Source of the DNA: the human T2T-CHM13v2.0 reference genome, Homo sapiens
Reading direction: 5' to 3' (one strand)
Assembly: GCF_009914755.1 (NCBI RefSeq)
Contig: NC_060928.1
Length of the DNA: 64,000 nt
Positions 1 through 14,312 of this stretch are shown piece by piece. The position numbers and the translations under genes were made by a program. Position 1 is the stretch's first letter; every line of letters starts with the position of its first letter. Below the pieces are notes generated by a model. It was given only the letters and a program-made list of their open reading frames with translations, was not told where the DNA came from and ran no database searches.

Positions 1-464
1 TTTCTGTTTATTAAATTTATCTATTTTCATTAAAATGATTAGTTATACCAAAATCAGACTCAAACTTCATTCTTTTGCTTTCTTCTTGCTTTTATACATC
101 TGAGTAGGTTCCTTATGTCTTTGTAATATAATGATCATGTCAATTCTTTCCTTTCCTCCATATTCTTTCAATTATAAACTTGTTTATTAAATAAATATTT
201 TTTGAGTTGTTAGAATACATCACATACTGAATCAGGCATTGTGTATACAAAAACACACTCAGCTTTGTAGCAAAGTTACAAGCATACCATTGCAATATAA
301 TATTTTAATTTAGTAGTAGATATATGCATGGATGCACTTAATATAATACTATTTGAGTTTTCATTATCCATATAACATTGTACAACATAATCTAGTGAAT
401 AAAGCTGATGGATGACAACAACTGCAGGCTGCTCTCAAGAGTATTGAGAAAAGGAAAACTAGAG

Positions 465-1692
465 GGGGAAGTCTGGTTCTATTCATGACAAAGTAGCTTG
501 TATTAGACAAACCATTCACTTAATAACAATAATGAAAAATGGAATCAATATAAAAGCAACTATTTTAAGGCACTAGAGAACAACCAAATTAGACAAAACC
601 AGAAGGGGATAGAATCCTGGTAAGAAAAGAAGCAGACTAAGTTTAATACATTGAATAGTGTCTCCCAAAATTCACATCCACCAGAACTTCAGACTTTGGA
701 AACAGGGTCTCTGCAGATGTCACTACTTAAGATGAGGTCATACCATTGCCTTTATGAGAAAAGGAGAAGATACAGGAAAACAATTCACAGTGAAAAGTAG
801 ACCATGTGAACACAGAGGCAGAGATTGGAGTTATGCAGTCATAAGCCAAAGAACTCCTGGGACTACCAGAAGCTGAAGAGGCAAAGAAGAATTATTTCAT
901 AGACCTTTAGAAATAACGTGGCTGTGCTGGTAGGTTAACTTCCAGATTCTGACTTTCAGAACTTAGAGAGAATAAATCTCTTTGTTTTAACCTACTCAAT
1001 TTATAGTACATGATTATGGCAGTCCTAGGAAACTAATACAGTTGGTGAACTACCCATTTACCCATCTTTTTCCTGAGGGCTTTTCTCCTTTCATGGATGT
1101 GGCGGTACAAGAAGAAAGCCACTTTCTTAAATGCGAAGAGATAGGTTACTGGTTGAACTACCAATAACAGTGGGAAATTGAGGGAAAAACTTTGAAGAAA
1201 GAGAGACCAAGAGAGTTGAAAAAGCATACATATATTTAAAAAGATGGTTAAAGGCATAAAATAACTAATGATATAGTGCAGATTTATGGTTCTATGATCC
1301 AGGAGAGGAAGGAAATTAAAAGAGGTAAACGTAAGTTTAGCCTTTAGGATCATACATCCTTTAAGGCATCTATCTATTTTGGAAAAAGTTGCCAACAGGC
1401 TGCACAGCTGAGCAGAGTGTGAGAGTAGGGGTAAAAACCTGAGTGTAGAAACTGCCAAAGGGTGGAACATCGTAAAGCCGCCATGGACCCAAAGTGCTAC
1501 ATTCAGGAGCAAGTGTGAATCAGAAAAATCTATGGCCTGACAAGGAATCATATTTCAGTCTCTTAATTTCTGAATTATGATTGATGTGATGCATGATTGC
1601 AGACTTTGTTCTAGATTCCTGAAAAAATATAAATCCCTTCTGAAGGAAGATGGTATTACTTCAGGCTTCAAATTATTTCTATAATTTGTTAA
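465..1692 (+). mobile_element. Ancient L1M (L1MC/L1MD-like) 5' end/5'UTR fragment, interrupted by an MLT1 LTR
   Basis: Resembles old L1 5' ends (ctggttctattcatgac...aagcaactattttaaggcactag) and resumes after the MLT1, ending ...ggcttcaaattatttctataa. Confidence 0.55.
643..1040 (+). mobile_element. MLT1B/MLT1C MaLR solo LTR
   Basis: Motifs ttgaatagtgtctcccaaaattca, gaggcagagattggagttatgcag and aataaatctctttgtttta; terminal ggaaactaataca. Confidence 0.85.
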
Positions 1693-1935
1693 ATCACGAG
1701 GTCAGAAGATCGAGACCATCCTGGATAACACGTGAAACCCCCGTCTCTACTAAAAAACACAAAAAATTAGCCGGGCATGGTGGCGGGCCCCTGTAGTCCC
1801 AGCTACTCGCAAGGCTGAGGCAGGAGAATGGCGTGAACCCGGGAGGCGGAGCTTTCAGTGAGCGGAGATGGCGCCACTGCACTCCAGCCTGGGCGACAGA
1901 GCGAGACTGTCTCAAAAAAAAAAAAAAGAAAAAAA
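1693..1935 (+). mobile_element. 5'-truncated AluY
   Basis: atcacgaggtc...ggagaatggcgtgaacccgggaggcggagc...gggcgacagagcgagac followed by an A tail. Confidence 0.95.
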
Positions 1936-2193
1936 TTCCTCTCTGCCACTTCCTAGTTAATGTTACTGTCTCCCCACCCCAGGCAACCATAGATTTGGTT
2001 CTATCATTATATATTAGATTTATATTTTCTAAAATTACACAAACATGGAACTTATAAATTATATAGTGACAAAAATGCAATTTATATCACCTGGTATTTC
2101 AGAAGTTTGTTTTTTGTTGTTGCTAAATAGCATACTGTTGTATAGATATACCACAACTTATTCTAGTTTGGGATCATTAAAAAATATATATGT

Positions 2194-2480
<287 letters not shown>

Positions 2481-3365
2481 TTATATATGCTATAAATAGT
2501 TATGTAAAAGGTTTTTGTGTGTGTGTGTGGTCACGTGTTTTTTATTTTTCCTTAGTAAATGCCTCAGAGTAGAGTTTTACAGAATGATAAATGTATGTTT
2601 AATTTATGAGAATGTCAAACGCATTCTAGAGTTGTACCATTTAATGTTCTCCTTAACAATATATGAAAAAACTCATTATTCCACATCCTCAAAAACATTA
2701 TTGGTACTGTCAAGTTCTTAATTTTAGTCATTTTGGTGGGATATCATGATAACTGATTATGATTCTAATTTGCATTTCTCAGATACTAAGGGCACTATTA
2801 ATCTCTTGTGGCTGTCAGCCATTTTAATGTCTTTCTTGGACCAGTTTACCAAGTTGCTTGCTTTGTTTTTTATTTATAATAATTTTTCTATATTCTGGAT
2901 ACAAGTGCTTTGTCAGATCAATATTGGGAATATATTTCCAAATCTGGCTTGCCATTCATTTACATAATAGTGTCTTTTGGAAAATAGGAGATTGTAATTT
3001 TGATAAACTTTAATCAATTTATTTCAGGTTTCAGGCAATTTTATTACATCTAAGAAATCTTTACATATCAAAAGATCACAGGTAATTTTTTTCTCTGCAT
3101 TTCCAGGAGCTTTATATTGTTGTCCTTTGCATATAGGTCAACAGTTTATTGGGAGTTAATTTTTGCATGGAGTGTAGGTAATAGCAAAAGCTCTTTTTTC
3201 ATTCTTCTTTTTTTTTCTTTTTTATATTAGGATAAACAACCATAATCCATTGTTTAAAAGACAATCCTTTTCCATTGAATATTTTGGAACACATAATTGA
3301 TAGATATGTGGGTCTCTTTATTACCAGAGATCAGCAAATTATTTCCATAAAGGGCAAGATAATTT

Positions 3366-3370
<5 letters not shown>

Positions 3371-3402
<32 letters not shown>
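3371..3402. repeat. (GT)n microsatellite, ~16 units
   Basis: Direct inspection. Confidence 0.97.
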
Positions 3403-3405
<3 letters not shown>

Positions 3406-3456
3406 CAATCATGTGGAGCATATGGTCCTCCATTGCAACTACTAAACTCTGCTGGG

Positions 3457-4660
3457 TTTTAAAAAATCATTTCAACTCTTATTTTAGATTCGGGGTATAT
3501 GTGCAGGTTTGTTACGTGGGTATATTACATAATGTTGAGATTTGGGGTGGGTATGATTGATCCCATCACCCACGTACTGAGCATAGTACCCAATAGGTAG
3601 TTTTTCAATCCTCTCCCCCGCCCTCTCTCCCACCTCTAGTAGTCCCTAGTGTCTTTTATTGCCATCTTTAAGTGCACGAACACCCAAAGTTTACCTCCCA
3701 TTTATAAGTTCCCATTCCCATTTATAAGTTGGAATATGGGGTACTGTGATGAACAGATGAGAGCATACGGTTTTTTATGCTAGAACAATTTGTTTTCTTT
3801 TGGTAACATACCCAGTAATGGGATTGCTGGGTCAAATGGTAGTTCTGTTTTAATTTATTTGAGAAATCTTCAAATAGCTTTCCACACTGGCGGAACTAAT
3901 TTGCATTTCCACCAACAGTGTATCAGCATTCCCTTTTCTCTGCAGTCTCACCAGCATTTATTGTTTTTTAACCATTTAATAACAGCCACTCTGAATGGCG
4001 TAAGATGGTATCTCTTTGTGGTTTTAATTTTATTTCTCTGATGATTAGTGATGTTCAGCATTTTTGTAATTATATTTGTTTGCCTGATTCTATGTTTTCT
4101 TTTGAGAACTGTCTGTTCATGTCTTTTGCCAACTTTTTAATGGGGTAATTTGCTTTTTGCTTGTTCAATTGTTTAAGTCCTTTATAGATTCTGGATATTA
4201 AACCTTGGTTGTTGCATACTTTGTAAATATTTTATGACATTCTGTATGTTGTCTGTTTACTCTGTTGATAGTTTCTTTTGCTCTGAAGAAGCTCTTTAGT
4301 TTAATTAGCTCCCAGTTGTCAAATTTTTGTTTTTGTTGCAAATGCTTTTGACAATTAGTCATAAATTCTTTCACAAGGCTGATGTCCAGAATGATGTTTC
4401 CTAGGGTTTCTTCTAGTTTTCTTATAGTTTGAAGTCTTACATTTAAATCTTTAATCCATCTTGAGTTAATTTTTCTATATGGTAAAATGTAGAAGTGCAG
4501 TTTCATTCTTCTGAGTATGGCTAGCCATCTATCTCAGCCCCATTTATTGAGTAGGGAGTATTTTTCTCATTGCTTCTTTTTTGTCAACTTTGTCAAAGAT
4601 TAAATAGCTGTAGTTTTAGATGTACAGCTTCGTTCTGGGTTCTCTATTCTGTTCCAACGT
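3457..4660 (-). mobile_element. 5'-truncated primate L1 (L1PA15/16-like) 3' end with internal deletion
   Basis: gtgcaggtttgttacgtgggtata, gtactgagcatagtacccaatagg. ORF 4198..4506 matches the L1 ORF2 C-terminus (KINSRWIKDLNVR, WELIKLKSF, AKETINRVNRQ). Confidence 0.92.
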
Positions 4661-5686
4661 TAGCTCTGCCATTTTAGCATAAGAGCAGCCATAAGCATAC
4701 TTGAACGAACAGCTGTGGCAGTGTTACAATAAAGTTTTATTTAAGAAATAGCCAGCTGGTTTTGGAATCTACTCTATTCCATACTCATGGTAAAACCACT
4801 GTGTCTTAATCACTATAGCTTAAAATGCAAATTTGAAATGATTTGTAATGAATCTATAACCAAATTTCAGGAAAATTGGCATATAAACAGTATGTCTTTT
4901 AATCTATGATTTAGTACTAATTTTTTAATTTTTTGTCAGCAATTAGTAATTTTTAGTGTATATTCTTTGTATGTATATTGTTAAATGTAACCATAATTGT
5001 TTCAGATTTTCTGATACTACTTTAATTAGTACTTTTTCTTTCACCTCCCATATATTTGTTGTTAATGAATCAGAACACAAAAACATTAACTTTGTATCCC
5101 AGGACAGGCGAGCAGCCTTATTGTATCTGATCATTGCTTTGTAAAGTCCTTAGGATTTTCTACAATAACCCATATTTCAAGTAAATAAAGATAGTTTTAA
5201 TTATTCATTTCCAATCTATATGTTGAACATTAGTGGAAAATATTACATTCTTCAACGTTACATGTGAAATGAGAGATAGACTTTCACAAGCTCCTTTGAT
5301 CAGGTTAAAGTGGTTCCCTGCTTTTTCTAGTTTGCTGAGTCATTATCGTATATAGATCTTCATTTTTTAAATTGCTTTTCCTGTGTAAACTTAGATCCTC
5401 ATCTGGCTTTGCTCCTTTTATTTTCTTAGATGGTAAATTAACATTGATATTGAAATGTTAAACTAATCTGAGAGTCTTATGATAAATCCACTTGCTCAAT
5501 TATCCTTTTTCAATATTGCTGGATTTTATTTGGTAATATGATGTTCATGAGAAATATTGGGGTATAGTTTTCTTTCCTTGTAATATACTTAAAAAAACTT
5601 ATTCTTACTTTGGTATCAGAATAATGCTGGCCTCACTGAATGTAAGGAAGAATTTGCTCTTTGCTCTTCCTTTATTTCAACTTAGG

Positions 5687-6002
<316 letters not shown>

Positions 6003-6059
6003 TCCTTTACTTTATGAAAAATCTTTCAGGGCTGGTATAACTTCTTCCTTAAACTTTAA

Positions 6060-7695
6060 AAATTAATTTTTAATGTTTATGGGTACATTAAAAGTATATG
6101 TATTTATAGGGCATTTGAGATATTTTGATACATGTATACAATGTGTAATGCTCACTGTAAATAAGGTAAATCAGGGTAAATGGGTCTCCAAACATTTATC
6201 ATTTCTTTGTGTTGCAAACATTCCACTTATACTGTTTTAGGTATTTTAAAATGTACAATGAATTATAGGTGACTGTAATCACCCTGCTGTGCTACAAAAT
6301 ACTAGACCTTATTCATTCAATTCAATTATATTTTTGTACCCATTTTACATCCTCACTTTCCAATTTCCTCCTCATTATCCTTCTCAGTCTCTGGTAACCA
6401 TCGTTCTACTCTCTATCTTCATGAGTTCAATTTCTAACTCCCACAAATGAGTGAGAACATGTAAAGTTTGTATTTCTGTGCCTGGCCCTTATCACTTAGC
6501 ATAATATTCTCTGGTTCTATCCTTGTTGCTCCAAATGACAGGATCTCATTCTTTTTATGGCTGACTAATACTTCATTGTAATTATGAACCACATTTTCTT
6601 TATCCATTCATCTGTTGATTCATCCAACTTAGGTTGATTAAAATCTCAGCTATTGTGAACAATATTGCAATAAACATGGGAGTACAGATATCTCTTTTAT
6701 ATACTGACTTCTTTTGTTTTGGGTGTATACCTAGCAGTGGGATTGCTGGATCATATGCTACTTCTATTTCTAGTTTTTCTGAGGAATCTCCATACTGTCC
6801 TCCAAAGTGGTTGTACTAATTTATATTCCCAGTAACACTGTATGAGGGTTCACTTTTTTCCACATCCTTGCCAGAATTTGTTACTGCCTGTCTTTTAGAT
6901 AAAATAGATTTTAACTGGGGTTAGATGATATTTCATTGTGGTTTTGATTTGCATTTCTCTATTGTTCAATGATATTGAGCATCTTTTCATATACCTGTTT
7001 CCAATTTGTATGTCTTCTTTTAAGAAATGTCTATTCACATCTTTAGCCCACTTTTAAATTGGATTATAAGATTTTTTTCCTTTTGAGTTGTTTGACATAA
7101 TTATGTATTCTGGTTATTATTAATCCCTTATCTAAAGGATAGTTGGCAAATATTTACTTCCAATCTGTGGTTTATTCCCTTCATTTTGTTGATTGTTTCC
7201 TTTACTGTACAAAAGGTTTTTAACTTAATGTGATCCCTTTTGTTCATTTTTCCTTTGGTTGCCTGTGCCTGTGCAGTATTGCTCAAGAAATTGGTGCCCA
7301 GTGCAATGTCCTGGGGAGCTTACCAAGGTTTTCTTTCATGGAGTTTCATAGTTTTAGGTGTTAGATTTAAGTCTTTAATCCATTTTACTTTGATTTTTGT
7401 ATATGTAAAGATAAAGGAGTCTAGATTCATTCTTTTGCATATGGATATCTAGTTTTCTCAGCACCATTCACTGAGGAGACTACGTTTCCCAGTGGATGTT
7501 CTTGGCACCTTTGTTGAGAATGAGTTCACTGTAGATGTGTGAATTTATTTCTGCATTTTCCATTGTGTTCCATTGGTCTATGTCCCTTTTTATGTGAGCA
7601 CTATGCTGTTTTACTTACTGTAGCTCTATAGTATAATGTGAACTCAGGTAATGCAATTCTTCCGGTTTTATTCTTTTCACTCAGGATGGCTTTTC
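6060..7695 (-). mobile_element. 5'-truncated L1MA (L1MA2-4-like) 3' end
   Basis: gatattttgatacatgtatacaatgtgtaat, ctcccacaaatgagtgagaacatg, cctagcagtgggattgctggatcatatg. Confidence 0.9.
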
Positions 7696-8005
7696 ACTCA
7701 ACTCAACACAAATACACAAATCAAACACACAAATCACACACTCAACCAAATCTTAAAATACTTTGTCATAGCTTTTGAGAACCCAGCTGTCTTCAACATT
7801 TTTCTCAAGTGCACCCTTCAGATGCCTTTCCCAATATTTTTTCTTGTAGAGCAAAGTAACGTGATGTTTGATCATTTTATACCCTGAAGATTTCATAAAT
7901 ATCATCGGCTAACAAGAATGTGCATGCAAAAGTGGGTAAGAGAAATGTGTCCTAACAAATACTAAAATCCTCCTTATTCCTACAATTTGGGGAACATAAT
8001 ACTTC

Positions 8006-8745
8006 TTTTACCAGGAAGTGCAGGAATCCTCCATTCTTGTCTAACTTCGAAGAACGAATTTAGCTAAGAGACATATAGCAAGGGTTAAGTAACAGAATTT
8101 AATGAAGAAAAATAAGGTGCATTTTAGAGAGGAGTGGAATACAGGTCCAGGCATGTCCAGCTGGAAAACAGCTCAGGGGTGGTCCTTCTGGAAAAAATAG
8201 TAGTAGCCATGTTTATTTAAAGAGACAGTAGACTCTGAAAGATGAGACATAGTAGGATGCTTGAAAGAATGAGCCAACAGCAGCTAGTGCTAGGGGACTC
8301 TTTTTGTAAGAATCTTACATGATTATTTATGAAGGGGCCTGAGGGAGTGTTACTTGCGAGTATGTTTTTGAAGGATCCTTTGGTCACTATCATGTGCACA
8401 TTATAGTACACACTTCGCATGTCTCATTAGCATTTACAGGCTCCACCCAGGGGTGTATTTTTACCTTTATAATGAGCAAAAGGCTACTCTAAGGTGAGGT
8501 TTTGGAGGAGTGTGCATGCTTATCAGTGGAGAAAATCCCTAACATAATTATCTTTGGCTAGGTTCTTTATCAGTCCCCTTCAGGGCCAGAGAAGCCTAAA
8601 CACAAGGCTAGATGTAACCAGTGTAGCCATTGTCCTTTTTGCTATCAGTGAGCAGCATTGATTATCAGTGGGCAGCATCTCCAGGACTTCTTTAGCCAGG
8701 GGGCTCCCTTGCCTACTTGCTTCTGGCTATCTGCCTACTCTAACA
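8006..8745 (-). mobile_element. ERV1 solo LTR (MER66/LTR48-like) with 4-bp TSD CTTC
   Basis: Minus strand begins tgttagagtaggcagatagccaga and contains atgctaatgagacatgcg. CTTC lies at 8002-8005 and 8746-8749. Confidence 0.8.
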
Positions 8746-8794
8746 CTTCCCCAAACTAAAATTAGTTTATATTTTCCAGTAACTTACCTTGCTT

Positions 8795-9177
8795 GGAAGA
8801 GACTGACTAGTGGCTGCTCTAATCCATTCTTCTCCCTGGTCATACAAACTGGATTTTCCAGGCTCCTGGAAATTATGCAAGGGCAAGTGACTATGTTCAA
8901 TCCAACGTGGTGTAAAGCTTATTAGAACATCTCACATCTAAATCTTTATAATCTTTAATTTTATCCAGGTGCAGATAAGCAGAACCTTCTAGGAATGGCT
9001 GAATCATAGATGGAAAGGATCTGGCTTTACAAATCACCACCTGGAGAAATGTTGTCTGCTGCTCAGGAATAGTTTTTGGACTTTACTTGAGCAAATAGTG
9101 AAATTCAATTCTGTTTTAACTAACATATCTTTGTGTCTCTCTGTTAGAGTGTTTAACATTACCATAACTATTATACT
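8795..9177 (+). mobile_element. Old MaLR LTR (MLT1J-like)
   Basis: ttttccaggctcctgg...gtgactatgttc; gatggaaaggatctggc...caccacctggag; end taactattatac. Confidence 0.6.
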
Positions 9178-11169
9178 GGGTCCAGCCTAATTCTTATTAT
9201 AAAAGCATTATTAATTTTTAAAGAGTTAATTACCTCAAATAGAAAAGGTTTTTGAGATGACTGGTGTTATCTGCAGTGGTTTATAGTGTGAGAAAAACGA
9301 AGGCTGCATAAAGAAATCTGAAATGCTGCGTATGTGTTTATAGACCTTAAATTGGCTAACTTGTTGAAATTTGCTGGTGCAAATTAAATGAGAAACCATT
9401 GCACATGCTTATAAATACATGCTTAATATACTTATAAAATAGCTGCTAGAAAATCCAGTATAATCTGGCAACTGCTTTAAAATAATTTAAAGAAGGAATT
9501 ATTCTCTTATTTGAAACATCTGCATTTTTATGGCAAAAGCCATGCTTTGTATTTACCACGTGTTAACATAAAAAAGAAAGCATAAAAGATAGCTACTCTA
9601 ATATAATGATAACATAATAGCATCGTTTCACCAAATAGTTTTTTCATTTTTCTAAGTGGCTTCCTCTTTCAATTCATGTAACAATTTGCCAGTTGTTATC
9701 CCTTTGGAAAAGTATTTATAAGTATGTTTATGTGTGTTTTCTTCTCTCTATAATATCTTCACAAAACAGAGCATAGCTAAATGTAGTTATCTACAACTCT
9801 AAGTAATTTTCTCAGGATCATTCACATTGATTGGTGGACTTTTCTCACTCACAATGAAATGAATAGTTCTGTTGCTGATTTCACCAATTCTGGGGAGAAC
9901 AGGAATGACATTGCCTAGAAATTACCAAATACATCTAGTGTGAACTGGAAGAAACAGCAGTTAAATTAAAAATTACTGAGAAAATTTAAAATTGATACGT
10001 TCAAACTCCTAAACACTTGGTTGATATTTGAGCTTTTTCAAATATTGAAACAAAGTAATACATTGCAGCCAGGAAATTAATGGCAACAATAATAAACATT
10101 TTGACATTTTACAGTTTTTGTAATAATAATCATTGTTTTCTCTTTCAGTGGGATGGTACCATGCCAGAGGAGATCACAATTAAAAGTCTCAAATAATGAC
10201 ACTGCATTTTAGAGAATCCTCTTGACCATCTGACTTTTGAGAAAAATAATTGAGAAAAATTTGGAGGAAGAAATTGGGCAACAGCCATTATTATCTGACG
10301 AGCATCATGGTTAGTGTCTTTGATGGAGGATATACTGGCAGGACTTGGCTTATTTTCACTCTTTCCACTCTATATTGATCTATTGATCTCTTCTTCCCAA
10401 TTGTGGTCCTGCTAACCAACAGTAAGCCTGGGATCATCTTTAGATGTTTTGATGCAAATTCACAGATACACTGGTGACAAGAAGCAACAATTTACATAGC
10501 CCACTTGCCAGGCCCACTCCAGGAGCTAGACAGGGTTAGCTTCAAGAACTTCTTACAAGTACCAATGTATTTGCCCACACCACTCATTCAGGAAAGCTGG
10601 TGTGGGCTTTTTCTCTGATTCTGGCCTTTTGGGCTCTTTACTATTTAAGCTTGTCCCACGGTGTGTAAGGTCTTAGTCTTACAAAAATTTTTCTTATGAA
10701 ATAATATACATGATGGTGGCTCTTCTCTTGACTTAACTCCAATTGGTTCAGATGATTATGTTTTATGACTTTTTTATTCTTCCTCCATATCATATTGCCA
10801 TACTTCTCAACAACATGTGTAGCATTTTTCTAACATTGTGGAACTTGTGATGCCATTCTCATTAGATTCCAAAAGAAAATTTAGAATTATAATTCCATTA
10901 TGTTCCATTATGTTACTCATACTCTATGAGTACATGTTCTCATATTGTAAAATAATGACTAGATGAGTCAACTGTCAGAAAGCTGCAGACGAATATAGAG
11001 TGGACAGAATTATTGAGTATAAATCACAATAGTATAAATATTTAGTTTCTTCTATTTCTTTTTGCATTCTTTTCTCCTCCCTTTCTTTCTTTACTTTCCT
11101 GGGTTTGATTATGCCATTTCTAGAACATGCATAAAAATGACACTTTATATAAATTCCCATACAAATTTA

Positions 11170-11488
<319 letters not shown>

Positions 11489-11588
11489 TTAAGAAAAAGA
11501 ACCAATGTAAAATCTTCCAAAATATTTTTTTGTCTATCTTTCTATATTTTGATGTTTCCTCTATTGTTTTTAAAACTTTTATATTTTT

Positions 11589-11890
<302 letters not shown>

Positions 11891-13526
11891 CTACATTTTT
11901 ATATCAAATTGGACTTTATTCCTGAGTTAGTTCTTCCATCTGTTGGTAAGGGCTTAGGAACTCCATTAAAGATAAATATAACTAATTGTTTCTAACTGAT
12001 GAATCTACAACTGTGTTCAGGCTTAAGAAGCCAAACATAGGCTTCACATGCCCTTTGGCAAGTTATGTGTAATAGGAGATTAACATCACTTCGTGCTTGG
12101 TTTTGTTTTCGGGAACTCATTACAGTAAAACTCTGGAACATTATAACATTTTTCCTTCCAACTCTTGCTTGAGATATATTTTGGAAGCTGTTCTAACTTC
12201 AGGACACTGCTGACAATTACGGGAATGGATAGTGACAATATTCCCCAAATGTTTATTCCACCGGAGCCTACAAGAAATTATTCAAATTAGTTAGTGAAAG
12301 GAAATACGCAGTGGCATAAGTAATCAAAAGTGTTTAGTCCAAATGTGTCCGGAAAATATTTTTGCAATGAATTGTAACGGTTTCATTCCAGATGTAACTT
12401 CTTAACTTATTTTAGTTTGACTAGTACTAGCATTCTCTACAAACAACAGGCCCTGGCAAAAGGAGACCTAATCTGGAAAAAACGTGGAAAAGCATAACCA
12501 AGTTGGTTAAATTTGGATATAACCAGAATGGAAAATGTTCAGTTTTAAAATAATAATTAATATTTATTTTTATGAATCTAATATTTAATTAAAGAGTTTA
12601 TAAGACAGCATGATTTTTTTTCTTTTGTAGACATTTTTCTATAAACATATGTACTATATGTAAGGAAGCAGGCCACCTTAATAAAACACCTCAAAACAAC
12701 TCTTCAAGTTTGAGTAGAGAGAAACTTTTGCTGACTGCTTTCTACTTTCCAATTCTTTTCTGGAATTTTAAATTCTTTTTGAGAGCACCAAACTCATCAA
12801 GATGTATTACTTCCTCTCTAAATTCTGACATAGAAAGGAATGAAAATTCTTTTGAATGACTGAAATAGATTGGCTTGAGTACGCACACACACATACATAC
12901 CTGTTTTCAAAAATTTAAGAAATAAAACTAGGAATAAGAGAAGTCAATATCAATATTTTCAATTATAAGGTATAAAATATGCTGTAGGATTCAATATTTA
13001 TCGCAGCATGTTTGAAAGCTTGGGGCAGTTAGGCCCACCAATTAAATGCAATGATTTACATACCTGTGATCCTTGTTCTCATCTCAAATGGCAGGCCGTT
13101 TGCACCTATGTTTTCTTCCTTATACTCTTTCCCACATTTCTTCATAGTACTAAGCCCAGAAGTCATCGTTCAACTATTGACATTAATGTAACCCATACCA
13201 TAGTGAAGACAGGGCCATTATAAATAAGTACTACCCTCAAAGTCTCTATGTTATTTGTCCCCTCCCATTACAATCCTAGATCTGTAGCTGGTCATATGGT
13301 TTATTTTCTTTGGAATCTCTAGTAGCCACTCCCTTATGTGCTTCTATGTAATATATCCAACGCAGATAATCTGGACAACTTAACTTTTCATCTTCTTTAC
13401 CCAAGCACCTGAGAAATGCTATGGAGAGATTACAAGAGTTGATAATTTTCTGTCTTAGATTATTAATTAATTTCTTCACTTAATCACTCAATTTATTTTA
13501 ATTAGCTCTCTCTCCAATCCTCACTT

Positions 13527-13668
13527 ACTAGGCATCTAAACTTTATCTCTCCTCAAATTCCTTTCCCAAATTTAACTCTCTTTAATATCAATACTAGTAT
13601 CTAAACTTTATCTCTCCTCGAATTCCTTTCCCAAATTTAAGTCTCTTTAATATCAACACCAGTAAACT
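13527..13668. repeat. Tandem duplication, ~66-bp unit x2 plus start of a third
   Basis: actag..atctaaactttatctctcctc.aattcctttcccaaatttaa.tctctttaatatcaa starts at 13527 and again at 13593. Confidence 0.93.
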
Positions 13669-13919
13669 CTCAATTTCCAAACCCAATACATATTTCTCAG
13701 GCTTTATCATCAGAAGATACTTTACACTGATGAATGCTGTCTCCATGAATTGCACTTGGTTTCAATCACACCACATCCTTGGTTTTCCAACTGTTTTTCT
13801 GTCTCTTCTTTCTTGGTTTCTTTTGTCCAACCTCTTTGTTGCCATTTTTCTCCTCTATACCTTGCCTTGGAGTAAGCTCATACATAAACCTTGCTTTTAA
13901 ACCTACCAATACAAGGTTG

Positions 13920-14312
13920 TTGGAAGGAAGTGATCTCAGGGCAAACAGAAGAGAATTAAGTATCACAGAAGGAAATAGCTACTAAGCCTATGAATGGAGA
14001 GAAAAAGGGATGAGTTCATGTTACCAGAGCTCAGGATTCTAAGCTTTCAAATGGAAACTGGAACTTTTGAAGATGGGATGTCAATCAGGAGCTTGAACCA
14101 TAGATGATATAACCTCTGATATGAAAAACCATAAAATGGAAGAAGTATCCTGGCTTCATCACTTTCTAATCTCCGGTGTTTACCATTGGCAAACCAGGAA
14201 CAGAACCAGTGAGCAAGAGCACCTGTGACATCGCAAGCATCAGTGCTCTGCCGTAGAGAGTAGAGCAAAGAACAGGAAATGGATCCGAGAAAAATTACAC
14301 AAATTACTGCAT
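13920..14312 (-). mobile_element. ERVL LTR33-like remnant
   Basis: ctccggtgtttaccattggcaaacc...aaccagtgagcaagagcacc...agagtagagcaaag...ggatccgag resembles antisense LTR33. Confidence 0.5.

Larger units (their letters stand above)
3325..4760 (+). mobile_element. MER58A hAT-Charlie MITE in two halves (3325-3452 and ~4663-4760), split by an L1PA
   Basis: Left half cagagatcagcaaattatttccataaagggc...gcaactactaaactctgc; right half ctctgccattttagcataagagcagccata...caataaagttttattta. Confidence 0.8.

Noticed and set aside
1033-1551. Longest ORF (172 aa, minus strand)
   Set aside because: It is antisense to a probable old L1 5' region, has Leu/Phe-rich composition typical of T-rich DNA, and shows no recognisable domain or exon structure.
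4198-4506. ORF resembling L1 ORF2p
   Set aside because: It is a fragment of a truncated, mutated L1PA and not a functional CDS; recorded under the mobile element.
13527-13668. Direct repeats as a possible CRISPR-like array
   Set aside because: Two contiguous copies with no spacers, in eukaryotic DNA with no cas genes.
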